From NCBI GenBank assembly GCA_000806115.1, contig JWKQ01000002.1, positions 256,815 to 320,814 on the forward strand: DNA of 64,000 nucleotides, read 5' to 3'. The stretch is from an archaeon GW2011_AR5. GTDB taxonomy: Archaea > Aenigmatarchaeota > Aenigmatarchaeia > GW2011-AR5. The first letter of the stretch is position 1, and each line of letters opens with the position of its first letter. Made by a program: the position numbers and the translations under genes. Shown one piece after another: positions 19,123 through 28,891 of the stretch. The notes beneath the pieces were generated by a model, which saw only the letters and a list, made by a program, of their open reading frames with translations, did no database searches and was not told the origin of the DNA.

Positions 19123-19206
19123 GATAGAATGCTTGAATGAAAGTTTTTAATAATGAATCTCGAAGTTGTTGCAGCCTTTTTAATAAGTAATTACAAAACT
19201 ATCAGC

Positions 19207-19764
19207 ATGAAACCCCGTGTTGTACTCCCGATATTGCTTATTTCGGTGATCGTCATCTCCGGCTGTGTGGAAGAACAAGAGCCGGTTACAGAGATATACG
19301 TGCCCGGACACGGGAACCAGATATACGCATTTCACAATGACATCCGCGAGTCGCTGAAAGTCCCGGTTAATAACCCGGAAGGGATAAAGGCACTTGCAGC
19401 AGTTTCAAACGGCATGTACCTTGTTTTCGACGGTTCGAACCCGCAGGATAACGCGTATTTCACTATTGTCACGACTGAGATTACTCAGAAAATTTCAACC
19501 TATTATTCATATGAGGGCAGGCTGTTCGGTTTCATGCCTTACTACCATATTGGAAGCCAGTGGTATGATTCAGGAGGCAAAGAGATAAACAAGCCTGATT
19601 TCTCCGGACCCGTGATGTGGCTTCTGGGACCGTCGACGGGTGCTAATGACACGTCAGTTACCCTTGTGAACAGCACTGTCTACATTAGCGGGACCAGCTA
19701 CAATAATCTTACGCTTGCAGGAGACAAGTTCGTCCTCCTGATTTTCGGCATAGACAGGGTTTGA
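19207..19764 (+). CDS. Predicted lipoprotein
   Basis: Lipobox VISGC after a hydrophobic stretch. Confidence 0.75.
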   Translation: MKPRVVLPILLISVIVISGCVEEQEPVTEIYVPGHGNQIYAFHNDIRESLKVPVNNPEGIKALAAVSNGMYLVFDGSNPQDNAYFTIVTTEITQKISTYYSYEGRLFGFMPYYHIGSQWYDSGGKEINKPDFSGPVMWLLGPSTGANDTSVTLVNSTVYISGTSYNNLTLAGDKFVLLIFGIDRV

Positions 19765-19773
19765 GGCGAGAGG

Positions 19774-20970
19774 ATGCTATTCGACGCGATGCCCTATATA
19801 GTGGCTTACGTATCATTGTTTCTTTCGATATTCTGGTTCACTGTTTATTTTTCACACGAGCCAAAGCAAAAAAGGCATGGATATGCCCCTGCGATTTCGA
19901 TAATCGTTCCTGCACATAACGAGCAATTAACAATCGGCAAATGCATAAAATCTCTTATTAAACAGAAGTATGCAAACCTGAAAATTATTGTAGTTGATGA
20001 CGGCTCGACAGACAATACTGGATATGTTGTAAAGTCTCTGAAAAAATCGCATAGTAATATCGGATATCTCAGGACAAATCATATCGGGAAAGCTGCTGCG
20101 ATGAACGTTGCCCTTCGTCATGTGAGAACAGAAGTATTTGGTTTCATCGATGCAGACACGTATCTTTCTGCAGGAACCCTGCATGCCATGGTAAAATATT
20201 TCAATGATGAAACTGCTGCTGTCACTATAGCCATGAAGCCTTCCAAGGCGGTTAACCTGATTCAGAGAATACAAAAAGTTGAATACATGATATCATCGCT
20301 TACCAGAAAACTGCTGAGTTATCTTGATGCGGTGTATTACACCCCGGGTTTTGCAATCTATAAGACTGACGTGATAAAAAAGCTTGGTGGGTTCGATGAA
20401 AAAAACATCACGGAGGATCTTGAAATAGGCATGAGGCTGAAGGATAGTGGATACAACATAGAAAATGTGATAGACAAGGCGGCATTCACTGAGGTGCCGC
20501 AGACATTCCGGGAGCTCTTCAGGCAGAGGATGCGATGGTACAGGGGCTATTTTTACAACAGCAGAAAATACAAGCATATGTTCTTTAACAGGAAATTCGG
20601 TGACTTGGGAATAATGGTACTCCCAATCCAGTATATAGTCCTTGCGCTAATTACACCATTTTTGCTGTTCGCCGTTTACGATATGTCCGTATCATTGCTG
20701 AAGGGCATTATAGACCTGTATCTGACAGGATTCGATGTCGGGTATTTTTTTGAAACAGGATCCTTTATAATTGTGACACCTATGACATTCTTCCTGCTGG
20801 CGCTTGTCGCGTCGTTCGTCATAATGATAAAAATCAGCCAGAGGGAGACAGAGGAAAATGTTGGAAAGTTGACTTATTTGGTTTATATAATTCTTTACCC
20901 TTTTATCAATACGCTGCTCTGGATTAGCGCATTCGTGCATGAAATGTTCGGGACAAAGAAAAGATGGTAA
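19774..20970 (+). CDS. Processive GT2 glycosyltransferase (multi-TM)
   Basis: DDGS.D, DAD, TED, QRMRW motifs plus TMs. Confidence 0.9.
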   Translation: MLFDAMPYIVAYVSLFLSIFWFTVYFSHEPKQKRHGYAPAISIIVPAHNEQLTIGKCIKSLIKQKYANLKIIVVDDGSTDNTGYVVKSLKKSHSNIGYLRTNHIGKAAAMNVALRHVRTEVFGFIDADTYLSAGTLHAMVKYFNDETAAVTIAMKPSKAVNLIQRIQKVEYMISSLTRKLLSYLDAVYYTPGFAIYKTDVIKKLGGFDEKNITEDLEIGMRLKDSGYNIENVIDKAAFTEVPQTFRELFRQRMRWYRGYFYNSRKYKHMFFNRKFGDLGIMVLPIQYIVLALITPFLLFAVYDMSVSLLKGIIDLYLTGFDVGYFFETGSFIIVTPMTFFLLALVASFVIMIKISQRETEENVGKLTYLVYIILYPFINTLLWISAFVHEMFGTKKRW

Positions 20971-21617
20971 AAATGAAGAAAAATGTTTATATGGCTGCAA
21001 TAATTTTTACATCCCTGATATTTTTTGTGGGAATATTGCTAGGCTCCAGAATAACCGATGAGAATACTGCAAGAATGCAGCGCGAACTGCAGAACGATTT
21101 CCTTGGGATGCAGAGCCTTGAATTGGAGCTTTCAATAGTCAATAATGTCAACAGGACTTCATTTTGCAGCTACATTGATTACAGGTTGCCGGATATTGTC
21201 AGACAAAAGGTGGAACTTGGAAGGAGGTTCGATATCGGGGATATACCTTCCGATCAGGCGGAAGTCTTGAAAAAGCAGTATCTTCTCTCGCTGAGCAAAT
21301 ACTGGCTATTTTCTGAAGTCAGCAAGAAGCAGTGCAGGGTGGGCAACCCTGGTATAGTATTCTTCTTCGACTCGTCAGAAGCCTCGCGCGAGCAGGGGAG
21401 GATACTGGATTATCTTGTGTATAAATCAGACGAAAATATCACGGTCTTCGCTTTCAATACAGAATGGGATGAGCCGCTTATGAGGCTCGTTATGATCAGC
21501 TATAATGTGACCGGCACACCCACAGTAGTTATAGATGATGTCAGCTACAGCGGACTCCAGACAAGAGAAAAGCTGGCAGAAACTTTGTGCAAGAACTACA
21601 ACCTTACTCTTTGTTAG
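20964..21617 (+). CDS. Membrane-anchored protein with C-terminal thioredoxin-like fold
   Basis: N-terminal TM; YNVTGTPTVVID cis-Pro-type motif; no CxxC. Confidence 0.65.
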   Translation: MVKMKKNVYMAAIIFTSLIFFVGILLGSRITDENTARMQRELQNDFLGMQSLELELSIVNNVNRTSFCSYIDYRLPDIVRQKVELGRRFDIGDIPSDQAEVLKKQYLLSLSKYWLFSEVSKKQCRVGNPGIVFFFDSSEASREQGRILDYLVYKSDENITVFAFNTEWDEPLMRLVMISYNVTGTPTVVIDDVSYSGLQTREKLAETLCKNYNLTLC

Positions 21618-21651
21618 CTATTTTAAAAACTCAAGACAGATTAGTGATAGC

Positions 21652-22947
21652 ATGATAGACCCAGAATTCATCAAGATTCTTGTCCATGCGGTGTCGACGG
21701 ACATTTTCCACTTCCTGGTTATACCGGTGGCAATATTCTCTGTGTTTTTCTACTTCTTCGGGGTTGTCGGAATTCTTCAGAAGGATGCCGGGAAATCATC
21801 TGCGCGCGGCGCGAAGCGCCTTCCGAAAGTTACAATACAGATTCCCACTTTCAATGAACCCGTCGCCATCAGGTGCGCAGAGCACTGCCTGAAGATGGAC
21901 TATCCAAAAAGCAAGTTCGAAATCATAATTGGCGACGACAGTTCCGACGGCAATGTTTCCGCCATGATAAATGATTTTGCCAGAAAGCACCGCATAAAGG
22001 TGACAAGGCGCGGCACGAACGAGGGCTTCAAGGCGGGCAACATCAATAACATGCTGCGCTATTCGAAGGGCGAGATTATAGTCATCTTCGATTCTGATTT
22101 CGTGCCTCCGGCCGACTTCCTGAAGCGGATAGTAAGACCGTTCGACGACCCGAAGGTTGCATGCGTCCAGTCCAAGTGGTCTTACATCAACATGGAACAG
22201 AGCCCGACGTCGAAATTCGCGTCCACGGTTTTGATGGTTTATCACAATATCCTTGCACGTCTGAACAATGCTGCAGGCTCGCCGCTCCTTTTCGGTTCCG
22301 GGGAAGCTGTCAGGAAAAACGTCATAGAAAAGCTTGGCGGGTGGCAGGAAGGGAGTGTTACGGAAGATGTCGAATTCTCGGTGCGCGCCCTGATAAAGGG
22401 ATACAAGACCGTGTATCTGCACGACCTTAGTGTGCAGGGCGAAGTGCCTTACAACGTCCGCTCGCTGCGCACACAGCAGCGCCGGTGGGCTTACGGGAAC
22501 ACAAAGGCGTTTCTCGAGCACAAAAGAGCCATACTTTTCGGGAAGCTCTCGTTTTTCCAGAAAGTGCTTATGTCCTTCACAATGCTTGGATACATTTCGT
22601 CTTTTTTCCTTGTAGCTTTCATGTTCTTCGGCGCAGTCTCGTTCATGACAGGCGAGCCGTCGCAGATTAACGTCGTGCGGCTTGTTGTTGATGTCGCAAT
22701 CAATTTTGTGCTCGCGTCAGGCTTTACGTTCGCGGGGGTGGTTGCCCTGTGGAAAGAGAAAAAAGCGCACCATGTCTTCGTGGTTTTCTTCTCCGCGCTC
22801 ACGGTAGGCATACTGGTTTCATTGAGCGTGTGCAGCGGAATCATCAAGGTGTTGCGCGGCAAGCCGATGTACTGGATTGTCATAAAGAAGAAAGGGAATG
22901 TGGACTTCATTCCCGGCACGTACGGGCTCACCGCAATTAAGCGCTAA
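21652..22947 (+). CDS. Cellulose-synthase-like processive GT2
   Basis: LPKVTIQIPTFNE, DDSSD, GFKAGN, FDSD, TED, QQRRW. Confidence 0.9.
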   Translation: MIDPEFIKILVHAVSTDIFHFLVIPVAIFSVFFYFFGVVGILQKDAGKSSARGAKRLPKVTIQIPTFNEPVAIRCAEHCLKMDYPKSKFEIIIGDDSSDGNVSAMINDFARKHRIKVTRRGTNEGFKAGNINNMLRYSKGEIIVIFDSDFVPPADFLKRIVRPFDDPKVACVQSKWSYINMEQSPTSKFASTVLMVYHNILARLNNAAGSPLLFGSGEAVRKNVIEKLGGWQEGSVTEDVEFSVRALIKGYKTVYLHDLSVQGEVPYNVRSLRTQQRRWAYGNTKAFLEHKRAILFGKLSFFQKVLMSFTMLGYISSFFLVAFMFFGAVSFMTGEPSQINVVRLVVDVAINFVLASGFTFAGVVALWKEKKAHHVFVVFFSALTVGILVSLSVCSGIIKVLRGKPMYWIVIKKKGNVDFIPGTYGLTAIKR

Positions 22948-22978
22948 CTGTTTTTATAGGTATCAGGCGAAATCCTGT

Positions 22979-24211
22979 ATGATGATGGACATATTTTTAA
23001 CCGTTCTGTTCTCCCTTCTCGCGGCAGTCAATGCAATACTGCTGTGCCTTTTCCTTCTTCCTGACAGGGTGTACGGGAAATTCTGCCCGCCGCTTTCCGT
23101 CATAATCCCGGCTCACAACGAGGAGAAGTATATTTCAAAGACGATTGAGAGTGTATTGAAGTCGGATTACAGGAACACGATGGAAATCATAGTTGTCAAC
23201 GACGGTTCGACTGACAAGACGGCGGAAATAGTCGGCGCGCTCTCAAGGACGCAGAAGAAAATAAGACTGTTCAGCCTGAAACACTCGGGAAAATCAGCCG
23301 CGCTCAATTTCGGGATAAAGAAAGCAAGATACGAAACAGTCGCATTCGTGGACGCCGACTCGACGCTGGAGAAGAAGAGCCTCATGAAGCTGGTGGAGCC
23401 TCTCGCAGGCAGGGACGTTTCCATTTCATCCGGAGTAATCAGGGCAAGGCATACGGGAATTCTGTCGTGGTTCCAGGACATTGATTATATTTCATCGTCA
23501 GGCTGGCGGTACGCCTGCGACAAGATAGGCGCAACATACATATCTCCCGGGTTCGCGGCTTTCAAGAAGAAAGACCTCCTGAAGGTTGGCGGATTCTCCG
23601 GCGACACGCTTACGGAAGACCTGGACACGACATTGATAATGAGGGAGGGCGGTTACGGCGCTGCGATGACGCGCGCATACATGTTCACTTCCGTGCCTTC
23701 CACTCTAAGGAGCCTGGTCAGGCAGAGGGTGCGCTGGGGGCGCGGCTCAATACAGAACGCCAAGAAACATTCGGGGTTGATTTTTTCGAGGAACCGAATC
23801 GGCTTCTACAGCTTCCCGATGCATCTTTTCTGGTACCCGTTCTCTTTGTTCTATCTTCCCTTTGCAATCTACTGGATGTTCGCCGTTTATTTCTCGTCGT
23901 CCATAAGCCTGCCGTTCGCGACTCTTATGTTCTTCGTGAAATGGGTGACTGTGTACGGCATAGCTGACTTGGCGTACAATATTTTCACAGGCGCGTACCA
24001 GCTGAATGCGCTTCTCGTGTCCATACTGCTGTCATGGGGACTCTCTTTCATATATCTTGTTGCAGCAGCGCGCAAGTTTAGTGCCTTTAGCTGGAAGATG
24101 CTGTCTTACCTTATCATCTTCCCGTACTTCTGGGTGACATTTGCGGTTCAGGCTTACTCCCTAGTCCGAGAATTGCTGTCGCCTGGAAAGGGAAAGAACT
24201 TGTGGAATTAG
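22979..24211 (+). CDS. Processive GT2 glycosyltransferase (multi-TM)
   Basis: NDGSTD, GKSAALN, DAD, TED, QRVRW. Confidence 0.9.
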   Translation: MMMDIFLTVLFSLLAAVNAILLCLFLLPDRVYGKFCPPLSVIIPAHNEEKYISKTIESVLKSDYRNTMEIIVVNDGSTDKTAEIVGALSRTQKKIRLFSLKHSGKSAALNFGIKKARYETVAFVDADSTLEKKSLMKLVEPLAGRDVSISSGVIRARHTGILSWFQDIDYISSSGWRYACDKIGATYISPGFAAFKKKDLLKVGGFSGDTLTEDLDTTLIMREGGYGAAMTRAYMFTSVPSTLRSLVRQRVRWGRGSIQNAKKHSGLIFSRNRIGFYSFPMHLFWYPFSLFYLPFAIYWMFAVYFSSSISLPFATLMFFVKWVTVYGIADLAYNIFTGAYQLNALLVSILLSWGLSFIYLVAAARKFSAFSWKMLSYLIIFPYFWVTFAVQAYSLVRELLSPGKGKNLWN

Positions 24212-24213
24212 AA

Positions 24214-24558
24214 TCACTTCAGCAGCGGCATGGACCCGGTTATTTTATTGATTTTTTCTTCCTTCTCGGGGCCTATTGCAAGCGCTGTCGCAGTGCCGGG
24301 TATCAGCTCTGTCAGTCCGGCGTCTATTACCAGTGAGCAGGAAACCTTGTGCTTGCCGCATTTTGCCTTCAGCTCAAACAGATCCTTTTCATTCCTCGCC
24401 TGGACTACAACCTTTTTCTGTCCTTCTTTTTTCCATGCAGAGACGATTTTTTTGTCGGCAGTGTCAAGGGCAGAAACGGCGGCATGCGAGGATTGCGCGG
24501 CAATTTTGCCGACGCTCATTTCGATGTCGGAACGAATTACTATTATCATCTTGTACAT
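24214..24558 (-). CDS. pth2: Peptidyl-tRNA hydrolase 2
   Basis: MSVGKIAAQSSHA, GQKKVV, DAGLTE..PGT.TALAIGP. Confidence 0.95.
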   Translation of the reverse strand: MYKMIIVIRSDIEMSVGKIAAQSSHAAVSALDTADKKIVSAWKKEGQKKVVVQARNEKDLFELKAKCGKHKVSCSLVIDAGLTELIPGTATALAIGPEKEEKINKITGSMPLLK

Positions 24559-24661
24559 CTTATCACTTTTTCTTAATTTTTTCTTGATAGTTTTTAATTA
24601 GTAACTTTTGTTTCTTATCAAGCTTATTTATTCAATTATATCTTTCGGTGAATCTTAAGTA

Positions 24662-25309
24662 CTACCCCTTCATTATAGCTTTCCCGATAATGTACGAGGC
24701 AACTTTTAAGCTGTCTTTCACGGGCATCTGGGAGCCTATGTCATATCTAACGCTTATCGGGACTTCCTTTATGCGCAGCCCTTTCCTCGCCGCCTTGATT
24801 ATCATCTCTGCTTCAATTTCATAGCGGCGTTTCTTGAGTCCAAGGGAAAGGAAATCGCTTTTCCTGATTGCCCTGAACCCGCAAAGCGCGTCATTCAGCT
24901 TCCTTCCTGCGGCTGCGGATATCACTGCCCTGGCAAAATTATTCGACACTATTCTTTGAGACGGTATGTCACGGATGTTCCTTGAGCCGACGGCAAGGTC
25001 GCATTTTCTCAATGCCGATATCATATTTGGTATCTCGCGCGCATCCAGCTGGCCGTCTGAGTCTATGAAGACTATATTTTTGCCGCTCGCAATCTTTGCA
25101 CCGGCGCGGCAGGCATAACCCTTTCCGTAATTTTTTGACAGCCGTATGCAGTTGCAGCCCAGGCTTTTTGCAACCTCAAGCGTTCTGTCTTTTGAGCCGT
25201 CGTCAACCACGATTACTTCGCAGCTTGAAGGGATGTTACTGATCACGCGGGCTATGTTCTTTTCCTCGTTGTAAGCCGGCAGTATTACAGATGTTGTCAT
25301 GTTAGCCAC
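24662..25309 (-). CDS. GT2, dolichol-phosphate glycosyltransferase-like
   Basis: VDDGSKD, N.GKG, DSDGQ, D.LCGFRA. Confidence 0.88.
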   Translation of the reverse strand: MANMTTSVILPAYNEEKNIARVISNIPSSCEVIVVDDGSKDRTLEVAKSLGCNCIRLSKNYGKGYACRAGAKIASGKNIVFIDSDGQLDAREIPNMISALRKCDLAVGSRNIRDIPSQRIVSNNFARAVISAAAGRKLNDALCGFRAIRKSDFLSLGLKKRRYEIEAEMIIKAARKGLRIKEVPISVRYDIGSQMPVKDSLKVASYIIGKAIMKG

Positions 25310-25964
25310 CCATGAGTCTCAGTTTTCTTTTTATTTGTCTTTTCATTTTTGCGGTAAGCAGCGGAAGCGTGCTGGTCTGCTTGTCAGGAAGAATTACCTT
25401 CCCTTTCTTTATGGATTTCAATACATCGTCCACGCTTTTCGCGTCAATCAAGCAGGCAAATTTTCCGACGTCCTGGAGGCGATGGGCATCGCTGCCTGCC
25501 ACTGCGGGTTTTTTCGCCTGCCGCGCCAGCACAGCCGCCTTTTTGTTGCCGGATGGAAGCGTGTTGCCGTTGAGTATCTCGATTGCGTCGAATTTCTTTG
25601 CGCTCCTGACATCGTTGAACCCGTTCCTGCTGAATCCGCCGAAAGGATGGACGTTGATTATAATGCCTCCCCTTGCCCGGGCGTCGTCTATAAGCTCGTC
25701 AAGCGCGCAGAAAGCTTTCACTTTTAATTCCTCGACGCCCAGAGCCATTACATGAGCGGTACCTTCAGGATGCCTGCACGTCACTTCTATCCCCGGAATC
25801 AGCAGGCATTTTGGCTTCAGCTTTCTTGCCGCCTGATATCCGGAAAAAGTGTTGTGGTCGGTTATTGCCACGCCTCCAAGCTCGCGCTCCGTCTTTGCAA
25901 TCAGCTGCTTCACGGTCGGTATGCCGTCCGAATGGTTTGTATGGCAGTGCAGTTCGATTAGCAT
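25302..25964 (-). CDS. PHP-domain phosphoesterase
   Basis: LHCHT..SDG, AITDHN, GIEV, HPF, GSDAH. Confidence 0.9.
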   Translation of the reverse strand: MLIELHCHTNHSDGIPTVKQLIAKTERELGGVAITDHNTFSGYQAARKLKPKCLLIPGIEVTCRHPEGTAHVMALGVEELKVKAFCALDELIDDARARGGIIINVHPFGGFSRNGFNDVRSAKKFDAIEILNGNTLPSGNKKAAVLARQAKKPAVAGSDAHRLQDVGKFACLIDAKSVDDVLKSIKKGKVILPDKQTSTLPLLTAKMKRQIKRKLRLMGG

Positions 25965-26046
25965 AAAAATAATTGATTGATTAATTTAATAACACAATGC
26001 TCACGCCAGTGAGCCACCTTGTAATATGTTTCTTTTCCGCAAGCGC

Positions 26047-26574
26047 TTACCACGGGTTCCTCTTCACATGTATCCAGTAGCCCAGCACGTTGGAGAGCCA
26101 GTGTATGATCGGCGTCAGCAGCACGAGCACTATCATGATGTCAAGCGGTATCTTGTATAGCGGCCAGACAAAAAGAAAAGCCATGAGCAGGAAACCCAGC
26201 TGGTCCAGGAAAAGCGCGCGGTCACCCCGTTTCATTCTCATTCTCCGCTTGACGAACGAGCCTCCTATGTCGCCGGCCATCGTTCCTATTGTAAGCAGGA
26301 ATACTATCGGAAAGCTCATTCTTGGCAGTCCTGCAATCTCCTGCGGCAGATAGTCCTGCCCGAATATCTGCAGAGAGCCTACGAAGACGCCGAATACTAC
26401 GCCGCCTATCAGCCCCTCCCATGTCTTGCCGTCGCCGAGCAGTCTCGTTCCGCGGAACATGCGCTTGCCGTCTATCGGCATCCGTCCGCGCATCAGCGGC
26501 GGAAAGCCGTTCGCAGCGTAAGCCGGCGCGATAAACCAGAATGACGCCAGAATCAGCAAAGCCAGCGGATCCAT
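26047..26574 (-). CDS. carS: CDP-archaeol synthase
   Basis: PAYAAN..P, PIDG, LLGDGKTWEG, GDIGGSFVKRR...RG, LDQL. Confidence 0.92.
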   Translation of the reverse strand: MDPLALLILASFWFIAPAYAANGFPPLMRGRMPIDGKRMFRGTRLLGDGKTWEGLIGGVVFGVFVGSLQIFGQDYLPQEIAGLPRMSFPIVFLLTIGTMAGDIGGSFVKRRMRMKRGDRALFLDQLGFLLMAFLFVWPLYKIPLDIMIVLVLLTPIIHWLSNVLGYWIHVKRNPW

Positions 26575-26607
26575 GCTAATTATTCTGAGAGAATCGGATA
26601 AAAAGGG

Positions 26608-27300
26608 TTAATTTTTGTAAATGTCTTTCTTCCTGGATTTGTATATCTCCGAAGAACCGTACTTTATTATTTCGTCAGTGAAACTGTTGATCGCATGATA
26701 TAAATTTTCAGACTTGTCGCCGGTCCGGGTTGCATAAGACTTTTTGCTTGCGGAAACGTCAATACCTTTCGGGTCCTTGTTAAATTTCTCTGCCATGCTC
26801 TGCACTCTTTTGAGTATGGCGGATTTTATTTCTATAGGCAGGTCTTCAGTCCGGTTGCCTATTATCTTGATGGCATCAGCCACGTCTTCGTCTGTTATAG
26901 AGTCAGGGTTTGTTATCATCTTGAATCTGGAGCTGCCATGAAAGTCAATTTCTCCCAGATTGAGGTTTGTAGCAAGACAGTATGACAGCTTCGAGTTTGT
27001 CATCTTCGTGTTTTTCACCTCTGCGCCATCGAACCGCGTCATGTCAATGGTGCAGTTTTCAAAAACCGCGTTTTCCAAGTTTGCACAATAGAAGCCTGAA
27101 AAGTAAATATCACAATTTACGAACTTCACGCCTTTCATGTTCGAGAACCAGAACCTTGCGTATTCGATTTTAGAGTTGTTGAAAACGATTCCAGACAGGT
27201 CTGTGCTGTTTATTTCGCAAAACTGTAGAAATATGTTAGAGAACTCTTTCCGTCCGGCCCTGAATTGTTCCATCAGCTGCTGGCTGTACATGTGCTCCAT
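26608..27300 (-). CDS. Pentapeptide repeat protein
   Basis: AGRKEFS start and ANLENAVFENC-type repeats. Confidence 0.85.
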   Translation of the reverse strand: MEHMYSQQLMEQFRAGRKEFSNIFLQFCEINSTDLSGIVFNNSKIEYARFWFSNMKGVKFVNCDIYFSGFYCANLENAVFENCTIDMTRFDGAEVKNTKMTNSKLSYCLATNLNLGEIDFHGSSRFKMITNPDSITDEDVADAIKIIGNRTEDLPIEIKSAILKRVQSMAEKFNKDPKGIDVSASKKSYATRTGDKSENLYHAINSFTDEIIKYGSSEIYKSRKKDIYKN

Positions 27301-27331
27301 GAGGATAATAGAACCTGAAAAGATTATTAGA

Positions 27332-28048
27332 TTATCTTATGGCTTCGTATTCTATCTTGTCTATGTCCTTCTCGAAGTTCTTCTTGCTGATGAAGTACTT
27401 CAGGTATATTTTTGAGTATTTCCTTATCAGCCCCAGCCCGCCCCATTTGTTCATCCTGCGTGTTGATGTATACACGCAGGTTTCCTTGGAGAACTTGAAC
27501 GTGCCGAATTTGCCCGCACGCATGGCAAAATCATGGTCTTCCATCACCTTTAGGTTCTCGTCAAATCCGTTCACTTTCTCGAATATCTGCCTGCGCACCG
27601 CTATGGCAATGCCCGGAGCGTGGGGTTTTTTGGCGTAGGTGGTGAGGAAATCCACAAGGTTGTTGCTCATGTTGTAGATTATCTGCTCTTTCCACGACGG
27701 CGTGAAGCCGTATATAGTGCATGTCCACCCGACTACACCTTTTTTGAAATCCTTGCGTATCACGTCGAAGATGTTCGGAAATATTATGGAATCGGCATCC
27801 AGGAAAAGTATTATGTCGCCGCGTGCGGCATGTCCGCCTGCATTGCGTCCGTAAGACGCCGCACCGCGCTTTGCATAGACGACTCTTGCCACGTATTTTT
27901 TGGCTATTTTCACCGTATTGTCGGTGGAGCGGGAGTCGGCGACAATTATCTCATAAGGCTTTATCTGCTTCAGGTGGAAAAGCGTAGTCTCAAGATACTT
28001 GCCCTCGTTGAGCGTCGGGATAACCACTGAAATTTTCATGTCTGCCAC
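27332..28048 (-). CDS. GT2 glycosyltransferase
   Basis: ISVVIPTLNE, RNAG, FLDAD, GFDE...ED, TSTRR. Confidence 0.9.
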   Translation of the reverse strand: MADMKISVVIPTLNEGKYLETTLFHLKQIKPYEIIVADSRSTDNTVKIAKKYVARVVYAKRGAASYGRNAGGHAARGDIILFLDADSIIFPNIFDVIRKDFKKGVVGWTCTIYGFTPSWKEQIIYNMSNNLVDFLTTYAKKPHAPGIAIAVRRQIFEKVNGFDENLKVMEDHDFAMRAGKFGTFKFSKETCVYTSTRRMNKWGGLGLIRKYSKIYLKYFISKKNFEKDIDKIEYEAIR

Positions 28049-28081
28049 TGATTAATTAATTTCCTGCCTATTAAATAAAAA

Positions 28082-28189
28082 TGCTCCCGTCGGGATTTGA
28101 ATTCTCGCGTCCAATGAACGGCCCGAGTCAAGAGGTCCGCAACCTCTCATTCTGTCTGGCAAAATGAATCCAAGCTAAACTACGGAAGC
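28082..28189 (-). tRNA. tRNA-Arg(GCG) with two non-canonical introns (D-loop 28154-28167; T-arm 28102-28121)
   Basis: Minus strand: GCTTCCG/CGGGAGC acceptor, AGAGG-TT-GCG-GA-CCTCT anticodon arm; both inserts have bulge-helix-bulge geometry and their removal restores GCTTGGATAGAAT and TCGGG-TTCAAAT-CCCGA. Confidence 0.92.
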
Positions 28190-28255
28190 CTATGTCTTAT
28201 TTTTCAGATGTTTATTAAACCTTAGTTTAAAAACTTATGTATCGAAAGAAGTCTA

Positions 28256-28432
28256 ATGGAGTTGAAAACAGCCATGAAATGTTCATCTTGCAACGACAAC
28301 ATGCTTTCGGAAGATAATTTCACGAAGTTCAAATGCCCCTCATGCCTGAAGGCTGACGTAGTCAGGTGCAGCCGCTGCAGGCTGAAGAGCATAGTCTACA
28401 TATGCCCTGAATGCGGGTTCAAGGGGCCATAA
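28256..28432 (+). CDS. Zinc-finger protein, HVO_2753/DUF1610-like
   Basis: Manual translation ...CSSC...FKCPSC...RCSRCR...YICPECGFKGP, in its usual position upstream of EF-1beta; missed by the ORF track. Confidence 0.88.
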   Translation: MELKTAMKCSSCNDNMLSEDNFTKFKCPSCLKADVVRCSRCRLKSIVYICPECGFKGP

Positions 28433-28449
28433 TTCTTATAATTATTATT

Positions 28450-28582
28450 CGAGACCAAAGGTCGAGTCAATATCCTTTTCTTCGTCAGAAACCTGAAGGA
28501 TTGTGTTTCTGGCGACTCAGGAAAGCTTTGCTTTCCTCGAGTTGGGGTAAGACTTAGACCTTTCTTTTCGGAAAAGAAAGGG
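28450..28582. repeat. Multi-hairpin palindromic element A
   Basis: GTCAGAAAC/GTTTCTGGC, AGGAAAGC-TTT-GCTTTCCT, CTTTCTTTTC-G-GAAAAGAAAG. Confidence 0.7.
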
Positions 28583-28588
28583 ATTAGT

Positions 28589-28840
28589 ATGGGACAAGTC
28601 GCTCTTACGCTCAAGGTTATGCCGGAAAGTCCTGACGTGGACCTTCAGGCGCTTAAGGAAAGGATAGCAGAAGCCGTGGATGTCAAGCAGATAGTTGACA
28701 AGCCCGTAGGGTTCGGACTTGTGATGCTTGAGGTGCTCCTTGTTTTCGACGACAAAATCGGCGCGGGCGATTTTGAAGAAAAGGTCCGCGGGATCGAGGG
28801 CGTGGGAAGCGTGGAAGCGGGCGACATAACGCTTATCTAA
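28589..28840 (+). CDS. ef1b: Translation elongation factor 1-beta
   Basis: LKVMPESPDVDL, PVGFGL..L. Confidence 0.93.
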   Translation: MGQVALTLKVMPESPDVDLQALKERIAEAVDVKQIVDKPVGFGLVMLEVLLVFDDKIGAGDFEEKVRGIEGVGSVEAGDITLI

Positions 28841-28891
28841 GAATGCATCTGACTGTAAAACCTATTTTTATACCGGCTGCCAAATATTCAG

